A stretch of 64,000 bases of DNA from Candidatus Multivoradales bacterium (GTDB taxonomy: Bacteria; Acidobacteriota; Thermoanaerobaculia; Multivoradales; JAHEKO01): positions 1,152,001-1,216,000 of the forward strand of contig CBDCVR010000014.1 of NCBI GenBank assembly GCA_965223155.1, given 5' to 3'. Positions 1 through 8,674 of the stretch are shown here, piece by piece. Position numbers and translations under genes: made by a program. Within the stretch, counting starts at the first letter, position 1, and every line of letters starts with the position of its first letter. Below the pieces are notes generated by a model that saw only the letters and a program-made list of their open reading frames with translations, did no database searches and had not been told where the DNA came from.

Positions 1-686
1 AACGCATGTCCCGGCTGAGGGTACTGGCGCAGGATGACGCCGTGGGCGATGCCCTCGTAGTCCTCGAACTTGACGCCGCCCAGGCGGACGTTGCGCCGGG
101 CGAAGTATTGCCGCACCTCGTCGTAGTCGCGGTAGATGAGGTCGGGCATGACGAAAACTGCCGAGCGCTCTTCCAGGCTCAAGAACAGATCCACCTTCTG
201 CCCGCGCGCCGCTCGGGCACCGGGTGGCGGATTCTGGTCAACCACCGTCCCCGGCGGCCCGCCGTCGCTGTAGACGTTAGCCACCGCGCCGACCGAGAGT
301 CCCTTGGCGGCCAGCGTCACCTGAGCGGCCTGAAGCGCCCGATCGGTGACGTCCGGCACCGCGATCACCTCTTGTCCTAAGGACGGCACCGCCCGAATGA
401 CAGCGCCGCGCTTGACCAAGCTTCCCGGCCGTGGGCGCTGGCGCACGACGTGCCCCGGAGCGATCGATTCATGATGCTGCGCTTCGGCCGTCCACTCCAG
501 CCGCAGTCCGCTCACGGCCGCCGCCTGCGCCGACTCCTCCGGGGAGAGCCCCTCGAGCTCGGGCACGGTGGTCACGCCGCTGCGGACAAAGTAGTTGAAG
601 GAAAAGTAGGCGCTGGCCATCGAAATCGCCAGCAGCACGGCGGCTCCTCCGAGCCATCCGGCGAGTCGCGCGAGCTTGCCCGCCAC
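1..686 (-). CDS. PASTA-domain membrane protein (3 PASTA repeats), runs off window end
   Basis: Not in ORF track. Manual translation from GTG at 686 (TAGTG overlap with upstream stop): N-terminal TM helix, then VPELEGLS..VVRQRPRPG, VPDVTDRA..VVDQNPPPG and MPDLIYRD..ILRQYPQPG repeats. Confidence 0.85.
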   Translation of the reverse strand, partial: MAGKLARLAGWLGGAAVLLAISMASAYFSFNYFVRSGVTTVPELEGLSPEESAQAAAVSGLRLEWTAEAQHHESIAPGHVVRQRPRPGSLVKRGAVIRAVPSLGQEVIAVPDVTDRALQAAQVTLAAKGLSVGAVANVYSDGGPPGTVVDQNPPPGARAARGQKVDLFLSLEERSAVFVMPDLIYRDYDEVRQYFARRNVRLGGVKFEDYEGIAHGVILRQYPQPGHA

Positions 687-1192
687 TAATTCACCCAGCG
701 ATCGATCCAGCCGTTGATCACCGCCCGCGGATAGTTGACGGTGCTCGACGCCCCACCCTTGAGCGTGGCCAGGGTCTCGGTCACGGCTTGCTCGGCAGCG
801 GGCGCGGGCGCCGCGTACCACCGCACCCGCTCATCGCGACCCACCAGAATGAAAGCCGAGGCAGCGAGGCCGCCTCCCTCCCCGACGCCGTACTCGCGCG
901 AGAAGTTCCGGTCGTCCGAAAGAAGCGGAAAGCCCAGACCCAGCTCGCGCTGCGTGGCCTTGAGCGCTTCCAGCTTGGCCGGGGACACACCCAGAACCCG
1001 AACGCCCTCGCGGGCGAGAGCCGGCAGCGCCGCGCCCAGAGCCGAAAGGACCCCGTGGGCGCCGTCCGGCTCACCAAAAAAATACAGCAGGACCGGCGTC
1101 CGCGGCACCTCGTCACGGAGCATCAGGATCGCGTCTTCGGTCGAGGCGAGATCGAAGTTCGGGGCCGGAGCGTCAACTTGAATCTTCGGCAT
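686..1192 (-). CDS. Peroxiredoxin/BCP-like (AhpC-TSA fold) protein lacking cysteine
   Basis: APNFDL, PVLLYFF, VRVLGVS, LGFPLLSD and FILVGRD motifs; no Cys in 168 aa. Confidence 0.75.
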   Translation of the reverse strand: MPKIQVDAPAPNFDLASTEDAILMLRDEVPRTPVLLYFFGEPDGAHGVLSALGAALPALAREGVRVLGVSPAKLEALKATQRELGLGFPLLSDDRNFSREYGVGEGGGLAASAFILVGRDERVRWYAAPAPAAEQAVTETLATLKGGASSTVNYPRAVINGWIDRWVN

Positions 1193-1207
1193 GCGGAGAC
1201 TCCTTCT

Positions 1208-2533
1208 TCAGGAACCGGGTACGAGACCCTCCGGAATGACCTTGCGGAGATCGAAGTAGAGCACCATCACCATGAGCATCACGATAAGCACGAAGCCCAC
1301 CTGGTTGACCCGCTCCTTGAAGGTAAGCGATAGATCCCGGCGAAACAGGCTCTCGACCAGGAGGATCAGGATCTGTCCGCCGTCCAGGACCGGCACCGGC
1401 AGCAGGTTGAGGATCGCGATGCTGATGGAGATGAGACCCATCAAGTGCAACAGATCTTCGAAGCCCGAGCGGGCGGCGGCACCGCTGAGTGCCGCGATCT
1501 GAATCGGACCCGAAAGGGCGCTCTTCGCCGCCAACCGGCCGGTGAAGATCTTGCCCAGCACCGCGAAGGTCTGCCGGGTCACGTCCCAGTTGAACCGCAC
1601 GCTCTGCCTGACGGCTTCAAGAGGGCCGAAGCGCTGGAACGTCGTCGAGGACAGGCTGACACCGATCCAGCCGCGACCCTCCTTGTCTTTGGGCACCACG
1701 GTTATCTCGGCTGGCGTCGAATCGCGCCAAACCTCGATCGCCACCGGCACGCCGGGGCGCTCGGACAGGTACTCGATGAACTGCGCCTGGCTGCTCACGG
1801 GCCTTCCGTCCAAGACGCGAATCTCGTCCCCGACCTCGAGTCCGGCCGCCTCGGCGGGATCGCCCGGAAACAGGCCGGCCACCCGCGGCAGCGTCTTGGG
1901 GAAGACCCCAGCGTCACCGAACTCGTACTTGGGAACGACGTCCGGCACGACCGTGGTTCGGATCCTCTGCCCGCCACGGTCCAGCTCGAGCGCCACCGGT
2001 CTGCCGGGCGCCGTGAGCAGCGCGAAGCGCACTTCCTCCCAACGCTCGACGGACTCGCCGTCCACCGTCACCACGACGTCGTCGGCCTGGATCCCGGCCG
2101 TCGCGGCCGGAGAGTCGGCCCGGACGCTCCCCACGACCGCCGGAATGTCCGCCGGGGCGGCGACCTCGATCCCGACCATGAACACGATCGCCACCAGGAC
2201 GATCGCCAGGATCACGTTCATCGCCGGACCGGCGAGGTAGACGACGATTCGCTGCCAGCGCGGCCGGTTCAGAAACTCACCGGGATCATCGTCGCCCACT
2301 TCGGACGGATCCTCGCCACTGAGCTGGACGTAGCCGCCAAGCGGAATCAAGGAAACCCGGTAGTCGGTGCCGCCCCGCTCGAAGCCCCAGAGCCGCCGGC
2401 CGAAGCCCAGCGAAAAGACGTTCGCCCGGATGCCGAAGAACTTGGCGGCAATCAGGTGACCGGCCTCGTGGACGAAGATGATGACGCCCAGCGCGAACAG
2501 AAAGGCGAGCGAATTCGAGAACAGATTGAGCAT
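1208..2533 (-). CDS. rseP: RIP metalloprotease RseP
   Basis: HEAGH, LIPLGGYV, two PDZ domains, NLLPVPVLDGG. Confidence 0.95.
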   Translation of the reverse strand: MLNLFSNSLAFLFALGVIIFVHEAGHLIAAKFFGIRANVFSLGFGRRLWGFERGGTDYRVSLIPLGGYVQLSGEDPSEVGDDDPGEFLNRPRWQRIVVYLAGPAMNVILAIVLVAIVFMVGIEVAAPADIPAVVGSVRADSPAATAGIQADDVVVTVDGESVERWEEVRFALLTAPGRPVALELDRGGQRIRTTVVPDVVPKYEFGDAGVFPKTLPRVAGLFPGDPAEAAGLEVGDEIRVLDGRPVSSQAQFIEYLSERPGVPVAIEVWRDSTPAEITVVPKDKEGRGWIGVSLSSTTFQRFGPLEAVRQSVRFNWDVTRQTFAVLGKIFTGRLAAKSALSGPIQIAALSGAAARSGFEDLLHLMGLISISIAILNLLPVPVLDGGQILILLVESLFRRDLSLTFKERVNQVGFVLIVMLMVMVLYFDLRKVIPEGLVPGS

Positions 2534-2598
2534 CGAAAAAGGACGGATCGAGGCCCGCGGGGGCGGCCTCGTGGCCGCCCATCATACACGCGGCTCGG

Positions 2599-3414
2599 CT
2601 AGCCTTCCAGCCAGGAAACGACGGCCGCAAGAGCCGGCGCGGCGAGCAGCAACGAGTCCAGGCGGTCCAGCATTCCGCCATGTCCGGGCAGGAGATTCCC
2701 GGAATCCTTGACCCCCGCGAGGCGCTTGTACAGCGACTCGATGAGATCCCCGGCCTGGCCCACGATCGACACCAAGGCGGCGGCGGCGAGAGTGCCGGCC
2801 GAGAGGCCCGCGCCCGGCCCGAGGCTCCACACGGCGCCGGCCAGAATTCCCAGAGCCAAGCCTCCCACGGCGCCTTCCCAAGTCTTCTTCGGGCTGAGCA
2901 ACGGCGCCAGCTTGCGCCGGCCCCAGAGCGAACCGCTATAGAACGCTCCAGCGTCGGTCGCCCAGACCACCGCCAGCAGAAAGACAACCGGCCACGGGCC
3001 GTCGGCCCTCAGCCGGTCGAACGCCACGATCGGCAGGGCGAAATACAGAGTGCCGAAGCCCAGAACACCCAGGCTCACGGCCCGCTGGCGGACCGACCCG
3101 CCCGCGACGAGAACCCAGAGTCCGATTCCGGAGGTCAGAAGCAAGGTCAGGGCCCACGTCCGCTCAGCATCGGGAAGACCGGCGCCCGGTAGAGCGTCAA
3201 GCCGGGCCAAGAGCAGCCAAGCCGCACCCAGCACCGTGACCGGCAAGGCCGCAATCGCTCGGCTCGCGTCCAGCCGGCGCCCGATCCGGACCGCCTCCAA
3301 GGTAGCGATGCCGACCAGGAGGGCCAAGCACACCAGAAATCCGACCCGCGGAAGCAAGAACACCGCCGCGAGAGCCAGCGGACCCAAGACGATCGCGGTC
3401 AGGACCCGCTTCAT
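2599..3414 (-). CDS. cdsA: Phosphatidate cytidylyltransferase
   Basis: SPKKTWEG, GDLIESLYKR..GVKDSG.LLPGHGGMLDRLDS. Confidence 0.95.
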   Translation of the reverse strand: MKRVLTAIVLGPLALAAVFLLPRVGFLVCLALLVGIATLEAVRIGRRLDASRAIAALPVTVLGAAWLLLARLDALPGAGLPDAERTWALTLLLTSGIGLWVLVAGGSVRQRAVSLGVLGFGTLYFALPIVAFDRLRADGPWPVVFLLAVVWATDAGAFYSGSLWGRRKLAPLLSPKKTWEGAVGGLALGILAGAVWSLGPGAGLSAGTLAAAALVSIVGQAGDLIESLYKRLAGVKDSGNLLPGHGGMLDRLDSLLLAAPALAAVVSWLEG

Positions 3415-3485
3415 GGGCTCAGGCGCCAGCGGCGAAGCGACACGCGCGCGAGACGATAGCCGGCCATGCGGTCTAGCTCAGCCGG

Positions 3486-4292
3486 TCAGCTTCGCCGGGT
3501 TTTTCGATCCGGTTCGGTGGCCTCGTCCTCGACGAGCCCGCCGAAGCGCCGGTTGCGGGACTGATAGTCGAGCAGGGCCGAATACAGATGCCCGCGCCGG
3601 AAGTCGGGCCACAGCGTGTCGCTGAACACGATCTCGGCGTAGGAGATTTGCCAGAGCAGGAAGTTGCTGATCCGCTGCTCGCCGGAGGTCCGGATCAAGA
3701 GGTCCGGGTCGGGCAGGCCCGCGGTGTAGAGGTACCGATCCAGCGTCTCTTCATCGATGTCGGTGCCCTTGCCCTGGGCCCAGTCGGAAACAATCTGCCG
3801 GCAGGCATCAACGATCTCGGAACGGCCCGAGTAGTTGAGCGCGATATTGAGTCGCAGACCCTTACAGCCGGCGGTCGTCTTCTGGGCGTCGTCGATGAGG
3901 CGCACCACGGACGGATCCAGTTCACGCCAGCGGCCCAGAACGGTCAAACGAATGTCGTTCTGGAGCATGGTGTCGAGCTCGCGACGCAGGTACTCCTTGA
4001 GCAGATTCATCAGTGTCCAGACCTCGAACCGCGGCCGCTTCCAGTTCTCGGTCGAGAAGGCGTACAGCGTCAGAGCCTCGAGGCCGATCTCGGCGGCTGC
4101 CTCGATGGTGTCGCGAACCGCCGCCACCCCAGCGCGATGGCCTTCCACTCGCGCCTTGCCACGCGCCTGCGCCCAGCGGCCGTTACCGTCCATGATGACG
4201 GCAACGTGGCGCGGCAAGCCCTCGGGATGGAGCTTCCGCAGAACGAGATCATCGGCGGATCCCGGCTCCGCCAGCTTTCGGGGCTTGGTCAT
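3486..4292 (-). CDS. uppS: Undecaprenyl diphosphate synthase (cis-prenyltransferase)
   Basis: HVAVIMDGNGRWA, AFSTENWKRP, DLLIRTSGEQRISNFLLWQ. Confidence 0.97.
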   Translation of the reverse strand: MTKPRKLAEPGSADDLVLRKLHPEGLPRHVAVIMDGNGRWAQARGKARVEGHRAGVAAVRDTIEAAAEIGLEALTLYAFSTENWKRPRFEVWTLMNLLKEYLRRELDTMLQNDIRLTVLGRWRELDPSVVRLIDDAQKTTAGCKGLRLNIALNYSGRSEIVDACRQIVSDWAQGKGTDIDEETLDRYLYTAGLPDPDLLIRTSGEQRISNFLLWQISYAEIVFSDTLWPDFRRGHLYSALLDYQSRNRRFGGLVEDEATEPDRKTRRS

Positions 4293-4377
4293 CGAAAGAA
4301 TGGCTCTTCGCGAGACCGTAACAATACCATAGCCCCCCCGGGCAAGCGCCGCCTCGAGACCGGGCTAGAAGAGCGCC

Positions 4378-5169
4378 TCAGCCGGACTCCGGCGCCTCGG
4401 CGTCGGTCGTTTCCACTGGTTCTTCTCCGTACCGGACCCAGTCCAGGACCAGGCCCCGGGCGGGGGCCGTAGCTCCCGCTTCCGACCGTGGTCCACCGCG
4501 CAAGAGGGCGGCAAACCCGGTCTCGGATCGCTTGCCTTCGCCCACTTCCAGAAGCGTCCCGGCGATCGATCGCACCATCCCGCGCAAGAATCCGGTGCCT
4601 TCCATCGACATCCGAAGCTCCGGACCGTGGTCGGCAAGCTCGACCCGCAGGATCTCCCGGACCGGACTGCGGTGGGCGCCGCCGGCGAGCGCGAAGGCCG
4701 AGAAATCGTGGCGTCCCACCAAGACCGTCGCCGCGCGCCGCATGGATTCGACGTCGAGCTTGTCGCCAACGCGGACACAGAACGGAGCATCGAGCGGCGA
4801 GAGCACGTCGGCCCGCATCCATCGATACGTGTACTGCTTGCTCGCCGCGTGCTTGCGAGCGTGAAAGCCCGCAGGCATCCGGCGCGCCTGGAGCACCCGT
4901 ATGTCCTCGGGAAGGCGGTGGTTGGCGCCGTAAACGAGCGCCCGGTCCGGAATCGCCGCGACACCAGATTCCCATTCGACGTGAGCAACTTGGCCCCGAG
5001 CATGGACGCCCCGATCGGTTCTCCCGGCTCCCACAATGCGTACGCGTTCGCCGGCCAACGCGGTCAGCGCCTCCTCCACGGTCTCTTGAACGGAACGGCC
5101 GTTGGGCTGGCGCTGCCAGCCGCAGTACGCCCCACCCCGATAGGAAAGGGTCAAGGCCGGAACCGTCAT
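4378..5169 (-). CDS. truA: tRNA pseudouridine(38-40) synthase
   Basis: GWQRQ, GAGRTDRGVHA, GFLRGMVRSI, TAPARGL; start reassigned to ATG 5169 (ATGA overlap with upstream stop). Confidence 0.93.
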   Translation of the reverse strand: MTVPALTLSYRGGAYCGWQRQPNGRSVQETVEEALTALAGERVRIVGAGRTDRGVHARGQVAHVEWESGVAAIPDRALVYGANHRLPEDIRVLQARRMPAGFHARKHAASKQYTYRWMRADVLSPLDAPFCVRVGDKLDVESMRRAATVLVGRHDFSAFALAGGAHRSPVREILRVELADHGPELRMSMEGTGFLRGMVRSIAGTLLEVGEGKRSETGFAALLRGGPRSEAGATAPARGLVLDWVRYGEEPVETTDAEAPESG

Positions 5170-6503
5170 TCGTCTCTCCAGGCCAGGACCCGGGTAACCG
5201 CGTACGGCGCCCAGCACGCCAAGAAGACCATCGGCATGAGAGGCATATTGGCGAATTGAGCCAGGTACGACAAGACGCCACAGCCGGCGAGCAGCAACCA
5301 GGGCACGAAACCCAGGAGCGCCGCCAGCGGCAGCAGCCACAGCGTGTACCAGGGATAGACCGTCGCCGAGCACACCAGGACCGCCTCGAGAGCGCCGCCG
5401 GTCGCGCGCACCGGATCCCGGTGACGCCACGAGCGCGCCACCAGCAAGAGGGCCAGCGGAGCCAGAAGCAGCCGCGCGTGAAACTTGGGATAGTTGCGCG
5501 GATAGAGCGAGCTCCAGAAGTCGTGGCCGCCCGAGCGTTCCTTGACCCGGTCCAGAGCGGCCGCGACCCGCTCCCGGCTGTCCAGCCGATCCAGGCCACG
5601 CCACAACGGCTCGTAGATCGGTCCGTTGTACTCCCAGGAGACTCCGAACGTCGCGTAGCCCGAGGGTACGCCACGCGCCGAGGCCACGACCGGGGCGTAG
5701 GCGAGGGCGACCACCACCACGACCCAGGTCAGAAAGCGCCAGGGCCGTCCGCTGGCGCGCGCCCAGCTCGGAAGCGCCACCAACGGCATCAGCTTGGCCA
5801 GAATTCCGGCCGCGGCCGCCAGCGCCGCAAGTCTCCGGTCGCCCCCCGACTGGAGCAGCCAGAGCGTGCCCAAGAGGGCGGCTATGGCTACGGCATCGAC
5901 GTGACCCATGCCGGCGAACTCAAGAGCCACGAGAGGATTCCACGCGTACCAGACGACACCGCGCAGGCTGCCGTTGCGTCTCCGCGCCAGCAGGCACAAG
6001 AACCAGCAGCCGGCCAGGTCGGCCAGAACCACCAGGATCTTCCAGATCGTCGGCGAGAACGGCGAGGCCGCCGCGACGCGGAAGAGCGTCAAGGCCAGAG
6101 GCGGATAGACGGTCGCGACCTCGGCGTGCGGCACCGGCACCGGCCGCTCGCGGCGCAGCTCGTCGAGCTCTGGAGCGCTGGGGGCGAGGACATAGGGATT
6201 CCGGCCCGACTGCGCGACCTGGCCGTCCCAGAGGTAGCGGTCCGCATCCTCGGAAAGAGTCGCCGGCACGGGCACAAGGAGCGCCCGCGCCAGAACCGCG
6301 CCGGCCAGGACCGTACGCGCCCGCGGCGAAAAACTGGCCCGAGCCAGGAGCGTCAGACCGGTCAAGCCAGCGGCCACCGCGCCGAGCATCCAGTAGGGAT
6401 TCGCCGCCAGGTCCCAGAGCGCCAACAAGCTCAGATGGGAGACCGCTACCAGTATGATTCCCGGTCCAACGTAGCGGGGCAGGCGCTCCTGTGACTGGGG
6501 CAT
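5166..6503 (-). CDS. GT-C fold (GT87/DUF2029-like) membrane glycosyltransferase
   Basis: SEDADRYLWDG, NPY, TVYPP, YAWNPL..E..GHVD, VYPWY; multiple TM segments; start uncertain. Confidence 0.8.
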   Translation of the reverse strand: MPQSQERLPRYVGPGIILVAVSHLSLLALWDLAANPYWMLGAVAAGLTGLTLLARASFSPRARTVLAGAVLARALLVPVPATLSEDADRYLWDGQVAQSGRNPYVLAPSAPELDELRRERPVPVPHAEVATVYPPLALTLFRVAAASPFSPTIWKILVVLADLAGCWFLCLLARRRNGSLRGVVWYAWNPLVALEFAGMGHVDAVAIAALLGTLWLLQSGGDRRLAALAAAAGILAKLMPLVALPSWARASGRPWRFLTWVVVVVALAYAPVVASARGVPSGYATFGVSWEYNGPIYEPLWRGLDRLDSRERVAAALDRVKERSGGHDFWSSLYPRNYPKFHARLLLAPLALLLVARSWRHRDPVRATGGALEAVLVCSATVYPWYTLWLLPLAALLGFVPWLLLAGCGVLSYLAQFANMPLMPMVFLACWAPYAVTRVLAWRDE

Positions 6504-6516
6504 GTCCGACTCAAGC

Positions 6517-8027
6517 ATGACGTACCTACCGCAGCTCGTTCTCCTCACCTACTACGCCACCCTGGCCGCGCTGGCTCTCTACGGCAGCCACCGCCTCCTG
6601 CTGCTGGTGGTCTTTTATCGTACTCGCCGCAACCGGCCACGGCCGGTCCCGGAACCTCGAACCTGGCCGCGCGTGACCGTCCAACTGCCCCTCTACAACG
6701 AGATGTACGTCGCCGAGCGGCTGATTCGAGCGGCAGCAGCGCTCGACTACCCCGCCGACCGCCTGGAGATTCAGGTGCTCGACGATTCCACCGACGAGAC
6801 CCGGGACATCGTGGCTCGGGTCGTCGCCGAGCGCCGCGCCGCCGGCGTTGCCATCCGCCACGTCCGTCGAGACGATCGCACCGGATTCAAGGCCGGCGCT
6901 CTCGAGCACGGCCTGGCGCTCGCCGGCGGCCAACTCATCGCCATCTTCGACGCCGATTTCGTGCCCCAGGCCAGCTTCTTGCGCGAGACGGTCCCCCACT
7001 TCTGCCATCCCGAGGGCGGAGCCGACGTGGGAATGGTCCAGGCTTGCTGGGACCACCTCAACCGGGACTACTCGCTGCTGACCAGGATTCAAGCCATCTT
7101 CCTCGACGGCCACTTCCTGATCGAGCACGCGGCCGCAACCGGAGCGGCTGTTTCTTCAATTTCAACGGTACCGCCGGCGTCTGGCGCCGCCAGACGATCG
7201 AGGACGCCGGTGGCTGGCAGCACGACACCCTGACCGAGGACCTGGATCTTTCCTACCGCGCGCAGCTCGCCGGCTGGCGGTTTCTGTTCCTGTCCGACGT
7301 CAAGGTGCCGGCCGAGCTTCCAGTCGAGATCAACGCTTTCAAGCGCCAGCAGTTTCGCTGGGCCAAGGGCTCGATCCAGACCGGCAGGAAGCTGCTCGGC
7401 CGGATCCTGCGCGCCCCGCTGCCCTGGACCACGAAGCTCGAAGCCGCCGTGCATCTCACCAATAACGTGAGCTATCTCCTCATGGTGGTGCTGTCGATCC
7501 TGATCTTTCCCGCCATGGTCTTCCGGCGAGGCGCCGGGGTCTCGTCGCTGTTGCTGATCGATCTGCCGCTCTTTCTGTGCGCGACCGTTTCCGTCCTGGC
7601 GTTCTACCTGGCCAGCCAGATGGTCGCCCGCAGCGACTGGCGAACCCGGCTGCGCCAGCTGGTACCGCTCATGGGCCTGGGCATCGGACTCGCCATCAAC
7701 AACTCCCGCGCCGTGCTCCAGGGATTCTCCAAGGACGTTGGCGTTTTCGAACGCACGCCCAAGTACCGGATCGAGTCGAACGGCGACCGCTGGCGGCAGA
7801 AACGCTACCGTGTCCGGCCCAACATGGCGACCGTGCTCGAAGGACTCTTCGCCGCCTGGTTTCTGCTGGTTTTCATCGTCGCCTGGAACTGGGGCATGTG
7901 GGCGTCCCTGCCCTTTCTCTACCTCTTCCTCCAGGGCTACTGCTACATGTACCTGCTGTCCTCGGCGTCCTCGGGCTTCGCCGGCCGACTTGCGGCCCGG
8001 GCGCGCAACGCTCTGCCGGCCGACTAG
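6517..8027 (+). pseudogene. GT2 cellulose-synthase-like glycosyltransferase split by a 1-nt deletion near 7133 (probable sequencing error)
   Basis: VQLPLYNE, QVLDDSTD, GFKAGAL, IFDADF in the first frame; FNGTAGVWR, TEDLDLSYR, QQFRWAKG in the second; one extra C restores EHAARNRSG. Confidence 0.85.
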
Positions 8028-8033
8028 CCGCTC

Positions 8034-8612
8034 GTGACGCGAGCCACGACGACCGCGGCCGACTCCCGGGGCACGGTGAATCTCAGGCCGGTGCGGCCTG
8101 CCGACGCCGCCCTTCTCGACCAGTGGCGCCGCGAACCCAGCGTCCGCCGCTTCCAACCGCTGTCCGAGGCTTCCGGCGCGGAGCTGGTTCGTCACCTGGA
8201 TCGGAACCGGCCCGAGGATCTCTACCGCGGCACCGGAGATCGCTACCAGTGGATCCTCTCGACCGGAGACCGGCCGGCGGGCTGGATCACCCTCGCCATC
8301 GTCAACTGGAGGCACGGTCTCGCCGAGATCGGCTATGCGGTATCGACGCCGTTTCAAGGACGCGGGCTGGTCGCTCTGGGGCTGACACAGCTCCTGGACG
8401 ACCTCTTCGAACGCACCGACCTGCGGCGGATAGAGGCCCGCTGCGCGATCGACAACCGGGCCTCGCGGGCGGTACTCGAGAAGCTCGGCTTCGCCTTCGA
8501 AGGAGAGCTTCGAGAGTACTTCGTCCTGCGGGGGCAACCGGTGGACAACGCCTTGTACGCGATCCTCAGACGCGACTGGCTCGCCCGCGACAGCGACGGC
8601 GGCCAGCGGTAG
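8034..8612 (+). CDS. GNAT N-acetyltransferase, RimJ/RimL family
   Basis: AEIGY, FQGRGL, NRASRAVLEKLGFAFEG. Confidence 0.88.
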   Translation: MTRATTTAADSRGTVNLRPVRPADAALLDQWRREPSVRRFQPLSEASGAELVRHLDRNRPEDLYRGTGDRYQWILSTGDRPAGWITLAIVNWRHGLAEIGYAVSTPFQGRGLVALGLTQLLDDLFERTDLRRIEARCAIDNRASRAVLEKLGFAFEGELREYFVLRGQPVDNALYAILRRDWLARDSDGGQR

Positions 8613-8674
8613 CCAGCGAACCCAGAGCTCGGGCCGCCCACTCCGACCTGTCCGTCTTCCGACGGACGGCTGCG

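Noticed and set aside
1066-1085. Possible TGG-TGA selenocysteine codon next to a T7 run in the peroxiredoxin-like gene
   Set aside because: The TGA is out of frame, the annotated frame keeps family motifs on both sides, and the shifted frame gives no redox motif.
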